DNA of 64,000 bases, taken from NCBI GenBank assembly GCA_963704725.1, contig OY969934.1:2208001-2272000 (forward strand). Direction: 5' to 3'. The stretch is from an uncultured Actinomycetes bacterium (GTDB lineage: Bacteria > Actinomycetota > UBA4738 > HRBIN12). This document shows, in pieces, positions 52,393 to 62,022 of this stretch. Below the pieces are notes generated by a model. The model was not told the origin of the DNA and did not search any database. It worked only from the letters and a program-made list of their open reading frames with translations. Made by a program: the position numbers and the translations under genes. Position 1 is the first letter of the stretch, and each line of letters starts with the position of its first letter.

Positions 52393-54591
52393 CTACACGG
52401 TGCGCGCCGAGCGGGACTCCTCCCACTCCTCGGGGGTCACGAGGACGTCGCGCGCCTTCGAGCCCTGCGAGGGCCCGACGATCCCGCGGTCCTCCATCAG
52501 GTCCATGAGCCGGCCGGCCCGCGCGAACCCAACCTTCAGCTTGCGCTGCAGCATGCTCGTCGAGCCGAGCTGAGAGCGGATCACCAGGTCGGCGGCCTGC
52601 TCGAGCAGCTCGTCGTCGCCACCCAGGCCAACCTCGTCGTCGACCGGAGGCCGGCCGAGGCCCTCCACGCTCATCGCGTACTCCGGCTTGCGCTGCGCGC
52701 GGATCCATTCGGAGACCTGGTGGACCTCCTTCTCGGTAACCCACGCCGCCTGCAGGCGCACGGGCTTGGACGCCGACGAGGGCGCGAAGAGCATGTCGCC
52801 GTGGCCGACGAGCTTCTCCGCGCCGTTCATGTCGAGGATCACCCGGCTGTCGGCCTGGCTCGACGTCATGAGCGCGATCCGGCTGGGGATGTTCGCCTTG
52901 ATCAGACCGGTGACCACGTCCACGCTCGGCCGCTGGGTGGCCACGACGAGGTGGATGCCGACCGCACGGGCCATCTGGGCGATCCGGCAGATCGCGTCCT
53001 CCACCTCGCGCGGCGCCACCATCATGAGATCGGCCAGCTCGTCGATCACGACGAGGAGGTAGGGGAAGTCGACGACGCGCTCCTCCTGGCCCGGCGGGAT
53101 GCGCAGCGTCCCCTCGGCGAGCCCGGCCCGGTAGCCGTCGACGTCGCGCACGCCGACCATCGCCAGGAGCTCGTAGCGCTGCTCCATCTCCCGGACGACC
53201 CAGGCGAGCGCCTCGGCGGCGCGCTTGGGATGGACGATGACCGGAACGAGCAGATGGGGAAGGTCGGCGAAGTGCGTGAGCTCGACGCGCTTGGGGTCGA
53301 CGAGCACGAGCTTCACGTCGTCGGGCGACGTGCGCATCAGCACGGACGTGATGAACGAGTTGATGAGGCTCGACTTGCCTGCGCCGGTCGCCCCGGCGAT
53401 CAGCACGTGTGGCATCTGCGTGAGGTTGACGAGCTGTGCCCGCCCGTGGACGTCCTTACCGAGGGCCACCGACAGCGGATGGCGGTCGTCCTTGGCCACC
53501 TTCGACCGAAGGATGTCGCCGAGCATCACGAAGTCGCGGACCCGGTTCGGCACCTCGACGCCGATCGCCGACTTGCCGGGGATCGGGGCGATGATGCGCA
53601 CGTCGGGCGTGGCGAGCGCGTACGCGATGTCGTCCGCCAGCGAGAGCACCTTGTTCACCTTCGTGCCCGCCTCGACCTCGACCTCGAACAGGGTGACGGT
53701 CGGTCCGCGATGGGAGGCGACGACGTGCGCCGGGACGCCGAACGTGTGGAACGTCCGCTCGAGCGCCTCGGTCGTGTGCTCCTCGTCGCGGGCGCTCCCC
53801 GCCGACGGCGGCGAGGTTCGCAGCAGCTCGAGCGGAGGCACCTGGTACCGGCCGCCCGCCGCCTTGGGCCGGACGAGCTCGGGCACCTCGATCGGCGCCG
53901 GTGCCGGCTCGGGCAGGGCCGCCTCGGGCTCCGGCTCGTCGAGCAGGTCGATCACCGCGACGTCCTCCGCCGTCCGGAGGCGGGCCCTGCGCCTGGGGGC
54001 GGGGGGCTCCTCGACCACCACGTCGTCCGGCTCCCGGTCGAACAGGTCGCGGACCTTGCCGATCACCGCGGACAGCGGGGTCCCGCTGAAGATCAGGAGC
54101 CCGAGCACCGAGGCCCCGGACCACACCACGGCGGCGCCGGTCCGCGACACGAGCTTGCCGAGCGGCCAGGCCGCGAGCGCCCCGATCGCTCCCGCCGCGT
54201 CGCTCAGCTTGTCGAAGCCGCCGTTCGGCCTGGGGTCCCCCCGGCCGAGCGAGAGCAACGCGAGGACACCGACCAGGGCGATGACGAACCCGATGAACAT
54301 CCGCACCCGCTGGCCCTCGGCGGCTCCGCGGAGCACCACGGCGCCCCAGTACACGGCCAGCACGGGGAAGGCCACGGCGGCCACCCCGGTCGCCCCGCGC
54401 AGCAGCCAGTCGATCCCCCGGCCCACCGGTCCCGCGGCCTGGAGCCACACGCTGAGGATCGCGAGCACGCCGAAGACGACCAGCCCGATCCCGAGCGCGT
54501 CGCGGGCCCAGGGAGCGAGGTGCTGGCGGACCGGCGTGCGGGCGCGGGTCGCGCGCTTGCGGCGGCCGCGACCCGTGGTCTTCCTCGCCAA
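52393..54591 (-). CDS. ftsK: DNA translocase FtsK
   Basis: N-terminal TM domain, PHVLIAGATGAGKS, IDELADLMM, ATQRPSVDV, gamma domain STSMLQRKLKVGFARAGRLMD. Confidence 0.97.
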   Translation of the reverse strand: MARKTTGRGRRKRATRARTPVRQHLAPWARDALGIGLVVFGVLAILSVWLQAAGPVGRGIDWLLRGATGVAAVAFPVLAVYWGAVVLRGAAEGQRVRMFIGFVIALVGVLALLSLGRGDPRPNGGFDKLSDAAGAIGALAAWPLGKLVSRTGAAVVWSGASVLGLLIFSGTPLSAVIGKVRDLFDREPDDVVVEEPPAPRRRARLRTAEDVAVIDLLDEPEPEAALPEPAPAPIEVPELVRPKAAGGRYQVPPLELLRTSPPSAGSARDEEHTTEALERTFHTFGVPAHVVASHRGPTVTLFEVEVEAGTKVNKVLSLADDIAYALATPDVRIIAPIPGKSAIGVEVPNRVRDFVMLGDILRSKVAKDDRHPLSVALGKDVHGRAQLVNLTQMPHVLIAGATGAGKSSLINSFITSVLMRTSPDDVKLVLVDPKRVELTHFADLPHLLVPVIVHPKRAAEALAWVVREMEQRYELLAMVGVRDVDGYRAGLAEGTLRIPPGQEERVVDFPYLLVVIDELADLMMVAPREVEDAICRIAQMARAVGIHLVVATQRPSVDVVTGLIKANIPSRIALMTSSQADSRVILDMNGAEKLVGHGDMLFAPSSASKPVRLQAAWVTEKEVHQVSEWIRAQRKPEYAMSVEGLGRPPVDDEVGLGGDDELLEQAADLVIRSQLGSTSMLQRKLKVGFARAGRLMDLMEDRGIVGPSQGSKARDVLVTPEEWEESRSARTV

Positions 54592-56301
54592 CTACACCTC
54601 CACGATGACGGGCAGGATGACCGGCTTGCGCTGGGTGACCTCGTAGAAGTACTTGTTCAGCGTTCGCCGGACGTTCTGCTCGAGCACACCCCGGTCGACC
54701 ACCTCGACCTGGGCGGACTCCTCCAGCGAGAGCATGACGCGTTCCCGGGCCTCTTCAAGGATGTCGCCGGAGGTCTCGTCGAAGACGAACCCCCGGTTCA
54801 CGATGTCGGGTCCGGCCATGACCTGCCCGTGGTGCGCGTCGATCGCCACGACGACCACGACGACGCCGTCCTTGGAGAGCTTGCGCCGATCCCGGAGCAC
54901 CACGTCGCCGACGTCGCCGATCCCCAGGCCGTCGACGAACGTCATGCCGGCCGGGACGCGGCCGGCCACCCGGACCGTCTCCCCGACCTCGACGAGGTCC
55001 CCGTCCTCGCAGATCAGGACGTGGTCGGCGGGGATGCCGACCTCCGTCGCGATCTTGGCGTGGTGCGCGAGCTGCCGCCGCTCGCCGTGGATCGGGATGA
55101 ACCACCTCGGCCGGACCAGCGACAGCATGAGCCGGAGCTCCTCCGCTGCGGCGTGACCGCTCGCGTGCACCGGGTAGGCGGGCACGTTGAACACGTCGGC
55201 GCCGGTGCGGTACAGGCCGTCGACGACCCGGTGGATCGCCGGCTCGTTGCCCGGGATGAGGCTGCTCGAGAGCACGACGCTGTCGCCCTCGCCGAGCTTC
55301 ACCCACTTGTGCTCGCGCGCGGCCATGAGGCTGAGCGCCGACAGCGGCTCGCCCTGCGAGCCGGTGCAGATCACGACGACTCGTGAGGGGTCGCGGTGCT
55401 CGACCTCCTCGATGGGGATCACGTCGCTCTCGGGCACGTGCAGGATGCCCAGGGTCCGCGCCGCCTCCACGCTCTGGTGCATCGAGCGGCCGAGGAAGGC
55501 GACCACGCGCTCGTCCGCGCGGGCGGCGTTCACCACCTGCTGGATCCGATGGATGTGGCTGCTGAAGCAGGCCACCACGACGAGCTGCGGCGCCCGGGAG
55601 ATGATGTCCTGCAGCGCCGGGCCGACGCTCCGCTCGCTGGCGGTGTAGCCGGACTCCTCGGCGTTCGTCGAGTCCGACAGGAGCAGGTGCACGCCGCGGC
55701 CGGCCTCCTCGGCCAGGCCGTGAAGGTCCGTGGGACGCCCGTCGAGCGGGGTCTGGTCGATCTTGAAGTCGCCGGTGTGCAGGATCGAGCCGAAGGGTGT
55801 GTCGATCGCCACGGCCATGCCGTCGGGGATCGAGTGGGTGACGCGGTGGAACCGCATCGAGAACGGCCCGACCGTCGCGGCCTCCCCCGGCGTGACCTGG
55901 TTGAACGCGGCGCGATCGCGGACCTCGTGCTCCGCGAGCTTGCCCTCGAGCAGCGCGAGCGTGAACGGCGTGCCGTACACCGGGAGCGGCCGGTCGACCT
56001 CGCGAAGCAGGTAGGCCAGGGCGCCGATGTGGTCCTCGTGGCCGTGGGTGAGCACGACGGCCTCGACGTCGTCGTACCGGTCGCGCAGGTACTCGAAGTC
56101 CGGGAGCACGAGGTCGATGCCCGGCATCTCGGCGTGGGGGAACGACAGCCCGACGTCGAGGATCAGGATGCGACCGCCGAGCTCGACGCAGGCCATGTTG
56201 CGGCCGACCTCGCCCACGCCACCCAGGAACACCAGCCGGGCGGGCGACGAGCCGGCGTCGGCGGTCACCGGGCCCTCGGTCCGGTCAGAGGAGTCCGGCA
56301 T
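54592..56301 (-). CDS. rnj: Ribonuclease J
   Basis: GGVGEVGRNM, THGHEDHIG, HTGDFK, TGSQGEP, HASGH. Confidence 0.97.
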   Translation of the reverse strand: MPDSSDRTEGPVTADAGSSPARLVFLGGVGEVGRNMACVELGGRILILDVGLSFPHAEMPGIDLVLPDFEYLRDRYDDVEAVVLTHGHEDHIGALAYLLREVDRPLPVYGTPFTLALLEGKLAEHEVRDRAAFNQVTPGEAATVGPFSMRFHRVTHSIPDGMAVAIDTPFGSILHTGDFKIDQTPLDGRPTDLHGLAEEAGRGVHLLLSDSTNAEESGYTASERSVGPALQDIISRAPQLVVVACFSSHIHRIQQVVNAARADERVVAFLGRSMHQSVEAARTLGILHVPESDVIPIEEVEHRDPSRVVVICTGSQGEPLSALSLMAAREHKWVKLGEGDSVVLSSSLIPGNEPAIHRVVDGLYRTGADVFNVPAYPVHASGHAAAEELRLMLSLVRPRWFIPIHGERRQLAHHAKIATEVGIPADHVLICEDGDLVEVGETVRVAGRVPAGMTFVDGLGIGDVGDVVLRDRRKLSKDGVVVVVVAIDAHHGQVMAGPDIVNRGFVFDETSGDILEEARERVMLSLEESAQVEVVDRGVLEQNVRRTLNKYFYEVTQRKPVILPVIVEV

Positions 56302-57172
56302 CCACCAGTGCCTTGCGGATGCGATCGCGTTCCTCGGCGGTGGCCGGCACGAGCGGCAGCCGCGGCGGTCCCACCGGATGCCCCACCATGCCGAGCGCCG
56401 TCTTGACGGGGATCGGGTTGCTCGTGATGAACAGCGCGTTGAACAGCGGCGTGAGCTCCTCGTGGATCTTGCGGGCGGCCGGGATGTCGCCGGTGAACAA
56501 CAGGTCGCACATCTGGCGGATCCGATCTCCGACGAGATGCGCCGCCACGGAGACGATCCCCACCGCGCCGAGGCAGAGATAGCCGAAGGTCGCCCAGTCG
56601 TCGCCCGAGTAGACCTCGAACGCGGGCGGTGCCTCGCTGATGAGCCTCGACACCGCCTGGAAGTCGCCCGTCGAGTCCTTCACCCCGATGATGTTCGGGA
56701 TCTCGGACAGGCGCAGCAGGGTGTCGTGCTCGATCCGGGTCGCCGTGCGTCCGGGGATGTTGTAGACGAGGATCGGCAGGTCGACCGCGTTCGCCACGCG
56801 GCCGAAATGCTCGATCAGGCCGCGCTGGGGCGGCTTGTTGTAGTACGGCGTCACCAGGAGCAGGCCGTCGGCGCCGAGCTCCCTCGCCTCGCTCGACAGC
56901 TCCAGGGTCTCGGCCGTGTCGTACGTGCCGGTCCCGCAGATGACCTTTCCCCCCCCTTCCCGAGCTACCTCGATGACCGCGCGGAACAGGTCGAGCTTCT
57001 CCCGGTGGGTGAGGGTGGGCGACTCTCCGGTCGAGCCCGCGACGACGATCGAGTCGGACCCGTGCTCGAGCAGGTGGGCGGCGAGCGCCCGCGCCTGGTC
57101 GAGGTCCAAGGAGTGGTCCTCGTGGAAGGGCGTGACCATCGCGGTGACGACGGCGCCGAACCTACCGGCCAT
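56285..57172 (-). CDS. dapA: 4-hydroxy-tetrahydrodipicolinate synthase
   Basis: TAMVTPF, GSTGESPTL, TPYYNKP, YNIPGRT, GVKDS, NPIPVK. Confidence 0.97.
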   Translation of the reverse strand: MAGRFGAVVTAMVTPFHEDHSLDLDQARALAAHLLEHGSDSIVVAGSTGESPTLTHREKLDLFRAVIEVAREGGGKVICGTGTYDTAETLELSSEARELGADGLLLVTPYYNKPPQRGLIEHFGRVANAVDLPILVYNIPGRTATRIEHDTLLRLSEIPNIIGVKDSTGDFQAVSRLISEAPPAFEVYSGDDWATFGYLCLGAVGIVSVAAHLVGDRIRQMCDLLFTGDIPAARKIHEELTPLFNALFITSNPIPVKTALGMVGHPVGPPRLPLVPATAEERDRIRKALVDAGLL

Positions 57173-57303
57173 GAAGCCTCCTTCCTCGTCCGAAGCTGCC
57201 ACAGCTCGAGACCTCCCCGGAGGCTACCGCCGGAGCGAGCCGAGGGGTTCCGCGGTCGAGCAACGAACGTCTCATCGCCTCACGTCCATCACGATAGCCA
57301 CAT

Positions 57304-57535
57304 GTGTCACACCTTCACCATGAAGGTTACGTGCCAGATGCTTCACCCGTGCCAGGCATACCTGCCGTGCCAGCGCTGCCGAACGTGCCCACCATGTCAG
57401 GCGTGCGCCGAGAGGGACGCCTGGCACACGGGGCCGGCGAGGCGGGCGGCTCGCACGTGCCAGCCGTCGCCCGGGAACCCGCCGAGGCACACGTCAACGG
57501 GGAGCCCCTCGCATCCGTCGAGCCACACGTGCCGC
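57304..57535. repeat. Degenerate 18-bp-phased CGTGCC(AG) repeat array in the dapA-pduO intergenic region
   Basis: GTGCC cores at 57331, 57349, 57367, 57385, 57457 and 57529, GTGCG at 57403, inverted CTGGCAC at 57421; all multiples of 18 from 57331. Confidence 0.7.
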
Positions 57536-57572
57536 CACCGGACCGGCGGACACCTCCGCGTATCCTAGCCCC

Positions 57573-58145
57573 ATGCCGCGCATCTACACCAAGACCGGCG
57601 ACGACGGTACGACCGGCCTCCTGTTCGGCGGCCGCGTCTCCAAGTCCGACCCGGTGCCCGAGGCGCTGGGCGCCGTCGACGAGCTCGTCGCCGCGCTCGG
57701 CCTGGCCCGCGCGCTCGCGGCGGGGACGCCGCGCTCGGACGAGCTCCTCGCCATCCAGCGGTGGCTGTTCGTCGTGGGCGCCGATCTGGGCACGAACCCG
57801 GCAGAGCGGGGCAAGCTCGAGCCGGGCGTCTCGCTCGTGACCGGGGAGATGGCCGAGGCGCTCGAGGCACGGATCGACGAGCTCGTGGCGAGCCACCCCC
57901 TCCCGAGCGTGTTCGTGGTGCCGGGGTCCAATCCCATCTCCGCAGCCCTGGACGTGGCGCGCTCGTCCGCCCGACGAGCCGAGCGACGCGCCGTCGAGCT
58001 CCGCGGAACCGGTGCACCGGTGACCGACGCCGTCCTGGCGTATCTGAACCGCCTCTCCGACCTGCTGTTCGTGCTGGCCCGCATCGAGGCCGGCGAGGCG
58101 GAGCCGTCGAGCCGGGAGGGCGCCGGGGACGGGGCGGGAAGCTAG
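57573..58145 (+). CDS. ATP:cob(I)alamin adenosyltransferase (PduO type)
   Basis: IYTKTGDDGTTGL, GAVDEL, ARRAERR, YLNRLSDLLFVLAR; TATCCT 6 nt before ATG suggests a leaderless mRNA. Confidence 0.94.
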   Translation: MPRIYTKTGDDGTTGLLFGGRVSKSDPVPEALGAVDELVAALGLARALAAGTPRSDELLAIQRWLFVVGADLGTNPAERGKLEPGVSLVTGEMAEALEARIDELVASHPLPSVFVVPGSNPISAALDVARSSARRAERRAVELRGTGAPVTDAVLAYLNRLSDLLFVLARIEAGEAEPSSREGAGDGAGS

Positions 58146-58615
58146 GCCGTGCGCACGAACGCGCCGTAGTTGTCGGCGCCGAACAGCAGGATCACGAGCC
58201 CGATGTTGCGGACCTCGACGTCGGAGAACGAGATGTCGAACGTCGCGGTCTGCTCGTCCGCGATCGGTGCGGGTGACGAGACGACCCCGTCGATCTCGTG
58301 GCCGTCGCGCGCGTCGAGGATGTAGAAGCCGGGATCCCCCAGCTCGTGGCCGGACCCGTTCTCGACCTCCATCGTCCCGGCCGTGCCCTCGATCCGCATC
58401 GTCACGTGCAGGCCGGCGTTCACGTACTGGTACGTCCCGCTCGTCGCGGCGCCGGAAACGACGGGTGTGGGGCCGGTCGCGGCCGTTCCCCCGGTCCCCG
58501 CGGTCCCCCCGGTGGGGGTGGCCGTCCCCCCACCCCCGTCGCCGGTGCATGCTCCCACGGCGATCCCCACGACGAGGAGGAGGGCGAGCGCGAAGGGTCG
58601 GCCGGTAGTCTTCAC
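58142..58615 (-). CDS. Hypothetical lipoprotein
   Basis: Signal peptide with VGAC lipobox, G/T-rich linker, beta-rich domain. Confidence 0.7.
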   Translation of the reverse strand: MKTTGRPFALALLLVVGIAVGACTGDGGGGTATPTGGTAGTGGTAATGPTPVVSGAATSGTYQYVNAGLHVTMRIEGTAGTMEVENGSGHELGDPGFYILDARDGHEIDGVVSSPAPIADEQTATFDISFSDVEVRNIGLVILLFGADNYGAFVRTA

Positions 58616-58657
58616 TGGGCCGCGGCATGCTACACGAGGCACTCGGAAGGGAACCAG

Positions 58658-59119
58658 GTGAGGACGCTCGAGGTCCGTCGCCACGCCGAGCGCGAGCCCG
58701 CGGCCGACCGGCTGTCGGCGGCGGGCCGGGCCCGGGCCGAGGACGTCGGGCGGGGCCTCGACGTCGCGTTCGACGTGGTCTTCGTCTCGCCTGCGCAGCG
58801 GGCGGCCGAGACCGTCGCGTGGATGCTCCGGGGCGTCGGCGCACACCTGCCTCCCCACGCCGTGATCCCGGGGCTCGCCGCCAGGGACAACGACGGCTCA
58901 CCGCTGGCGATGGCGGGCGTCCTCTCGGCCCTGCTCGACGCCGTGCCAAAGGGCGGCCGAGCGCTCGCGATCTCGCACACCCCGCTGATCGAGCGCGCCG
59001 TGCTGGGGCTCACCGCACGCGAGCTCGAGCCTCTCGCCGAGTGCGAGGGGGTCGTCCTCACGAAGACCGACGACGACGCGCCGGTCGAGGTCGACGAGAT
59101 CCGGCTGGAGTCCGCGTAG
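58658..59119 (+). CDS. Histidine phosphatase superfamily protein (SixA-like)
   Basis: RRHAER, VSPAQRAAET, ISHTP. Confidence 0.8.
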   Translation: MRTLEVRRHAEREPAADRLSAAGRARAEDVGRGLDVAFDVVFVSPAQRAAETVAWMLRGVGAHLPPHAVIPGLAARDNDGSPLAMAGVLSALLDAVPKGGRALAISHTPLIERAVLGLTARELEPLAECEGVVLTKTDDDAPVEVDEIRLESA

Positions 59120-59161
59120 GGCGTGGCCGACGGCGGGTTCGCCGGGCCGGCCGCGTGGCCC

Positions 59162-59944
59162 CTACGAGCTCGGCAGCCCCTCGAACAGGTCGTGGATCAC
59201 CGGATCGCCGGCCTCGCGCTCCGGGAACGCCGGCACGAACGCCTCCCGGGCGAGCATCTCCCGCCACAGCTCGAAGGGCACGTCCTCCAGCTCGGCCTGC
59301 GTCCGATGCCGGCGGAGCGCTTCGAGCTTGCGGTCGTACACGCTCGAGCAGTCGACCACGACCCCCACCGACGCGTCCGGGACGCCACGCGGCTGGAACT
59401 CCTGCGTCGGATCGATCGGATCCAGCCCTCGCCGTCGCAGGAGCTCGTTGAACCGGTCGAGGAGGGACTGCGGGATCCCCACGTACAGCAGCCGGGAGAA
59501 CCCCTGCACGCCGGCGGCGCGAGCGGCGTGGAAGGCCGCGGTGGCCGCCGCCCCCACGGCGACGTGGTCGGCGTGGGCCGTGACGCCGTCGGGCCCGAAC
59601 GTGATCACGACGTCCGGCCGCGCCTCTTGCAGGATCGACAGGAACTCGGCGACGAGCTGCTCACGCGGGAGATCGGCGACGGCCCCGTCGGGGTGACGGA
59701 GGAAGTGGATCCGGGGCTCGACCCCGAGCGCGTGCCACGCGGCGCGGTCCTCTCCCTCGCGGACCCGGCCCAGGTTCTCCCGCGAGGCCAGGCTGGGATC
59801 GGCGATCAGGCCGGCCTCGCCGCTGGTGGTCATGATCACGGTGACCTCGACGGGGCCGTCCCCGTGCAGCGCCAGGGAACCTCCGACTCCATAGGTGTCG
59901 TCGTCCGGATGCGCGAACACGCACGCGACGCGCCGGTCGCTCAT
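59162..59944 (-). CDS. PIG-L family deacetylase
   Basis: FAHPDDD, TSGEAG, HPDG, HADH, KLEALRRHRTQ. Confidence 0.9.
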   Translation of the reverse strand: MSDRRVACVFAHPDDDTYGVGGSLALHGDGPVEVTVIMTTSGEAGLIADPSLASRENLGRVREGEDRAAWHALGVEPRIHFLRHPDGAVADLPREQLVAEFLSILQEARPDVVITFGPDGVTAHADHVAVGAAATAAFHAARAAGVQGFSRLLYVGIPQSLLDRFNELLRRRGLDPIDPTQEFQPRGVPDASVGVVVDCSSVYDRKLEALRRHRTQAELEDVPFELWREMLAREAFVPAFPEREAGDPVIHDLFEGLPSS

Positions 59945-59957
59945 CGAGGCGTCCGCC

Positions 59958-60755
59958 TCACGGCAGGTCGAGGAGCGGCTCGAGCCCGACGGTGAGGCCC
60001 GGCCGGCTCATGACCGCGCGCGCGGCCATCAGGACCCCGGGCATGAACGAGCTTCGGTCGGTCGAGTCGTGGCGGATCGTGAGCGTCTGTCCCTGGCCGC
60101 CGAAGATCACCTCCTGGTGCGCCACGAACCCGGGGAGGCGCACCGAGTGCACCCGGATCCCGTCGAGATCGCCGCCCCGCACGCCGTCGACGCTCTCCGG
60201 CAGCGGCCCGCGCCACGCGGCGCGCCGCTCCTCCTGCAGCCGGCGGACCGTGGCCAGGGCCGTGCCCGACGGCGCGTCGGCCTTCTGGTCGTGGTGGAGC
60301 TCGATGACCTCGACGGCCGGCAGGAACCGAACGGCCTCGGAGGCGAACCGCATCATCAGGACGGCGCCGAGCGCGAAGTTGGGCGCGACGACCACGTTGG
60401 ACTCGGCGACGTCGTCCCCGATCGCCGCTTGGATCTCGGCCAGATCCCGGTCCGAGATGCCGGTCGTCCCGACGACCAGGTGGATCGCGTGGTCCACGCA
60501 CCACCGGACGTTGTCCATCACGACGTCCGGATGCGTGAAGTCGATCGCCACCTCCACCTCGGCCTCGAGCAAGCGGTCCAGCTCGTCGGAGATCGGGATG
60601 TCGATGTCCGCGTGACCGATCAGAGGCCCGATCCGTTGGCCCACCCGCGACCGGTCGATGGCGGCGGCGAGCGCGAGGTCCTCGGCCTCCGCGACGGCGC
60701 GGCAGACCATCAGCCCCATCCGTCCGCAGGCGCCGACGACGCCGACGCGGATCAT
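59958..60755 (-). CDS. dapB: 4-hydroxy-tetrahydrodipicolinate reductase
   Basis: GACGRMG, DFTHP, VVGTTG, APNFALG, IELHHDQKADAPSGTA. Confidence 0.97.
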   Translation of the reverse strand: MIRVGVVGACGRMGLMVCRAVAEAEDLALAAAIDRSRVGQRIGPLIGHADIDIPISDELDRLLEAEVEVAIDFTHPDVVMDNVRWCVDHAIHLVVGTTGISDRDLAEIQAAIGDDVAESNVVVAPNFALGAVLMMRFASEAVRFLPAVEVIELHHDQKADAPSGTALATVRRLQEERRAAWRGPLPESVDGVRGGDLDGIRVHSVRLPGFVAHQEVIFGGQGQTLTIRHDSTDRSSFMPGVLMAARAVMSRPGLTVGLEPLLDLP

Positions 60756-62011
60756 GCCAGGGCCTGCCGCCCGAGGGGTGCGAGGACCGTCGTCGTCATG
60801 GGTTGCGAGAGTACCCGCTCGGACGCGCGACGAGCGTCCTCAGGGGTGACGGCCGAGATCCGCGCGAGGAGCTGGCTCACGGTGAGGATCTCCCCCTGGC
60901 TGATCTCGGACTTGCCGAGCCGCGACATGCGGCCCCCCGGGTCCTCGAGCGACAGGACGAGGGATCCCCTCATGTGCCCCTTGGCGCGTTCGAACTCGTC
61001 GGGGGAGAGGCCCTTCTCCGCCACCTCCTCGATCTGGCCGCGCAGGATCGACAGGACCTCCCGCGCCCGGCCGGGCGTGGTCCCGGCGTAGGCGCAGAAC
61101 AGGCCCGCCTCCGCGTACATCGAGTGGTAGCTGTAGACGCTGTAGGCGAGGCCCCGCTTCTCGCGCACCTCCTGGAACAGCCGCGAGGACATCCCGCCGC
61201 CGATGGCGTTGTTGACCACGCCGAAGGCGAACCGGTCGGGGTCGGTCCGGGACAACCCGCTCGTGCCCACGCAGATGTGCGCCTGCTCCGTGTCGCGGCG
61301 CTTCACGAGCACCCGGCCCGACGGGATGGGCGGCGCGCCCGCCGTGCGCAGGCGCCACGCGGAGGGCCCCTCGGAGCGGACCGGACCGGTCTCCATGCTC
61401 GCGGAGAGCTGCTCGACGATCTGGTCGTGGTGGAGGTTGCCGGCCGCCACGACCACCAGGTTTCCGGGCAGGTAGTGCTTGCGGTAGAACCGGCGGACCC
61501 GGTCGCGCGTGGCCGCACGGATGCTCCTCTTCGTCCCCAGGATGGGCCGGCCGAGCGGATGGTCCGGCCACAGGACCTCCATGAACAGGTCGTGGATCAG
61601 ATCGTCCGGCGTGTCCTCGTGGACGTTGATCTCCTCCAGGATCACGCGCTTCTCCGAGGAGAAGTCCGCCTCACGAAGGACGGACCCCTGGAACATGTCG
61701 GCGAGGTGCTCGAGCGCCATCGGCAGGTCCCGGTCGCGGACCCGCGCGTAGAAGCACGTGTACTCCTTGGCGGTGAACGCGTTCACGTCGCCGCCCACGG
61801 CGTCGAACGCCTCGGCGATGTCGCGCGCGCTCCGCTGCTTCGTCCCCTTGAACAGCAGATGCTCCAGGAAGTGGCTCGACCCGCTGATCGGCGGCGGCTC
61901 GTCCCGCGAGCCCGCGAGGACCCAGAACCCGAGCGCCACCGAGCGGACTCCGGGCATCCGCTCGGTGACGACGCGCAGGCCGGACTGGAACTCGGTCCGA
62001 CGGATCGCCAT
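60752..62011 (-). CDS. M16 family zinc peptidase
   Basis: Inverted motif HFLEHLLFKGT, NAFTAKEYT, GGGMSSRLFQEVREKRGLAYSV. Confidence 0.95.
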   Translation of the reverse strand: MAIRRTEFQSGLRVVTERMPGVRSVALGFWVLAGSRDEPPPISGSSHFLEHLLFKGTKQRSARDIAEAFDAVGGDVNAFTAKEYTCFYARVRDRDLPMALEHLADMFQGSVLREADFSSEKRVILEEINVHEDTPDDLIHDLFMEVLWPDHPLGRPILGTKRSIRAATRDRVRRFYRKHYLPGNLVVVAAGNLHHDQIVEQLSASMETGPVRSEGPSAWRLRTAGAPPIPSGRVLVKRRDTEQAHICVGTSGLSRTDPDRFAFGVVNNAIGGGMSSRLFQEVREKRGLAYSVYSYHSMYAEAGLFCAYAGTTPGRAREVLSILRGQIEEVAEKGLSPDEFERAKGHMRGSLVLSLEDPGGRMSRLGKSEISQGEILTVSQLLARISAVTPEDARRASERVLSQPMTTTVLAPLGRQALA

Positions 62012-62022
62012 CGCCCGGGGCC

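Noticed and set aside
57173-57300. Lysine riboswitch upstream of dapA
   Set aside because: No recognisable L-box conserved segments; a -10-like TAGCCT at 57221-57226 suggests a short leader.
57331-57535. CRISPR array or sigma-54 promoters in the GTGCCAG repeats
   Set aside because: Cores are only 6-8 bp with an 18-bp period and no cas genes are present; the TGGCAC copies lack a correctly spaced TTGC.
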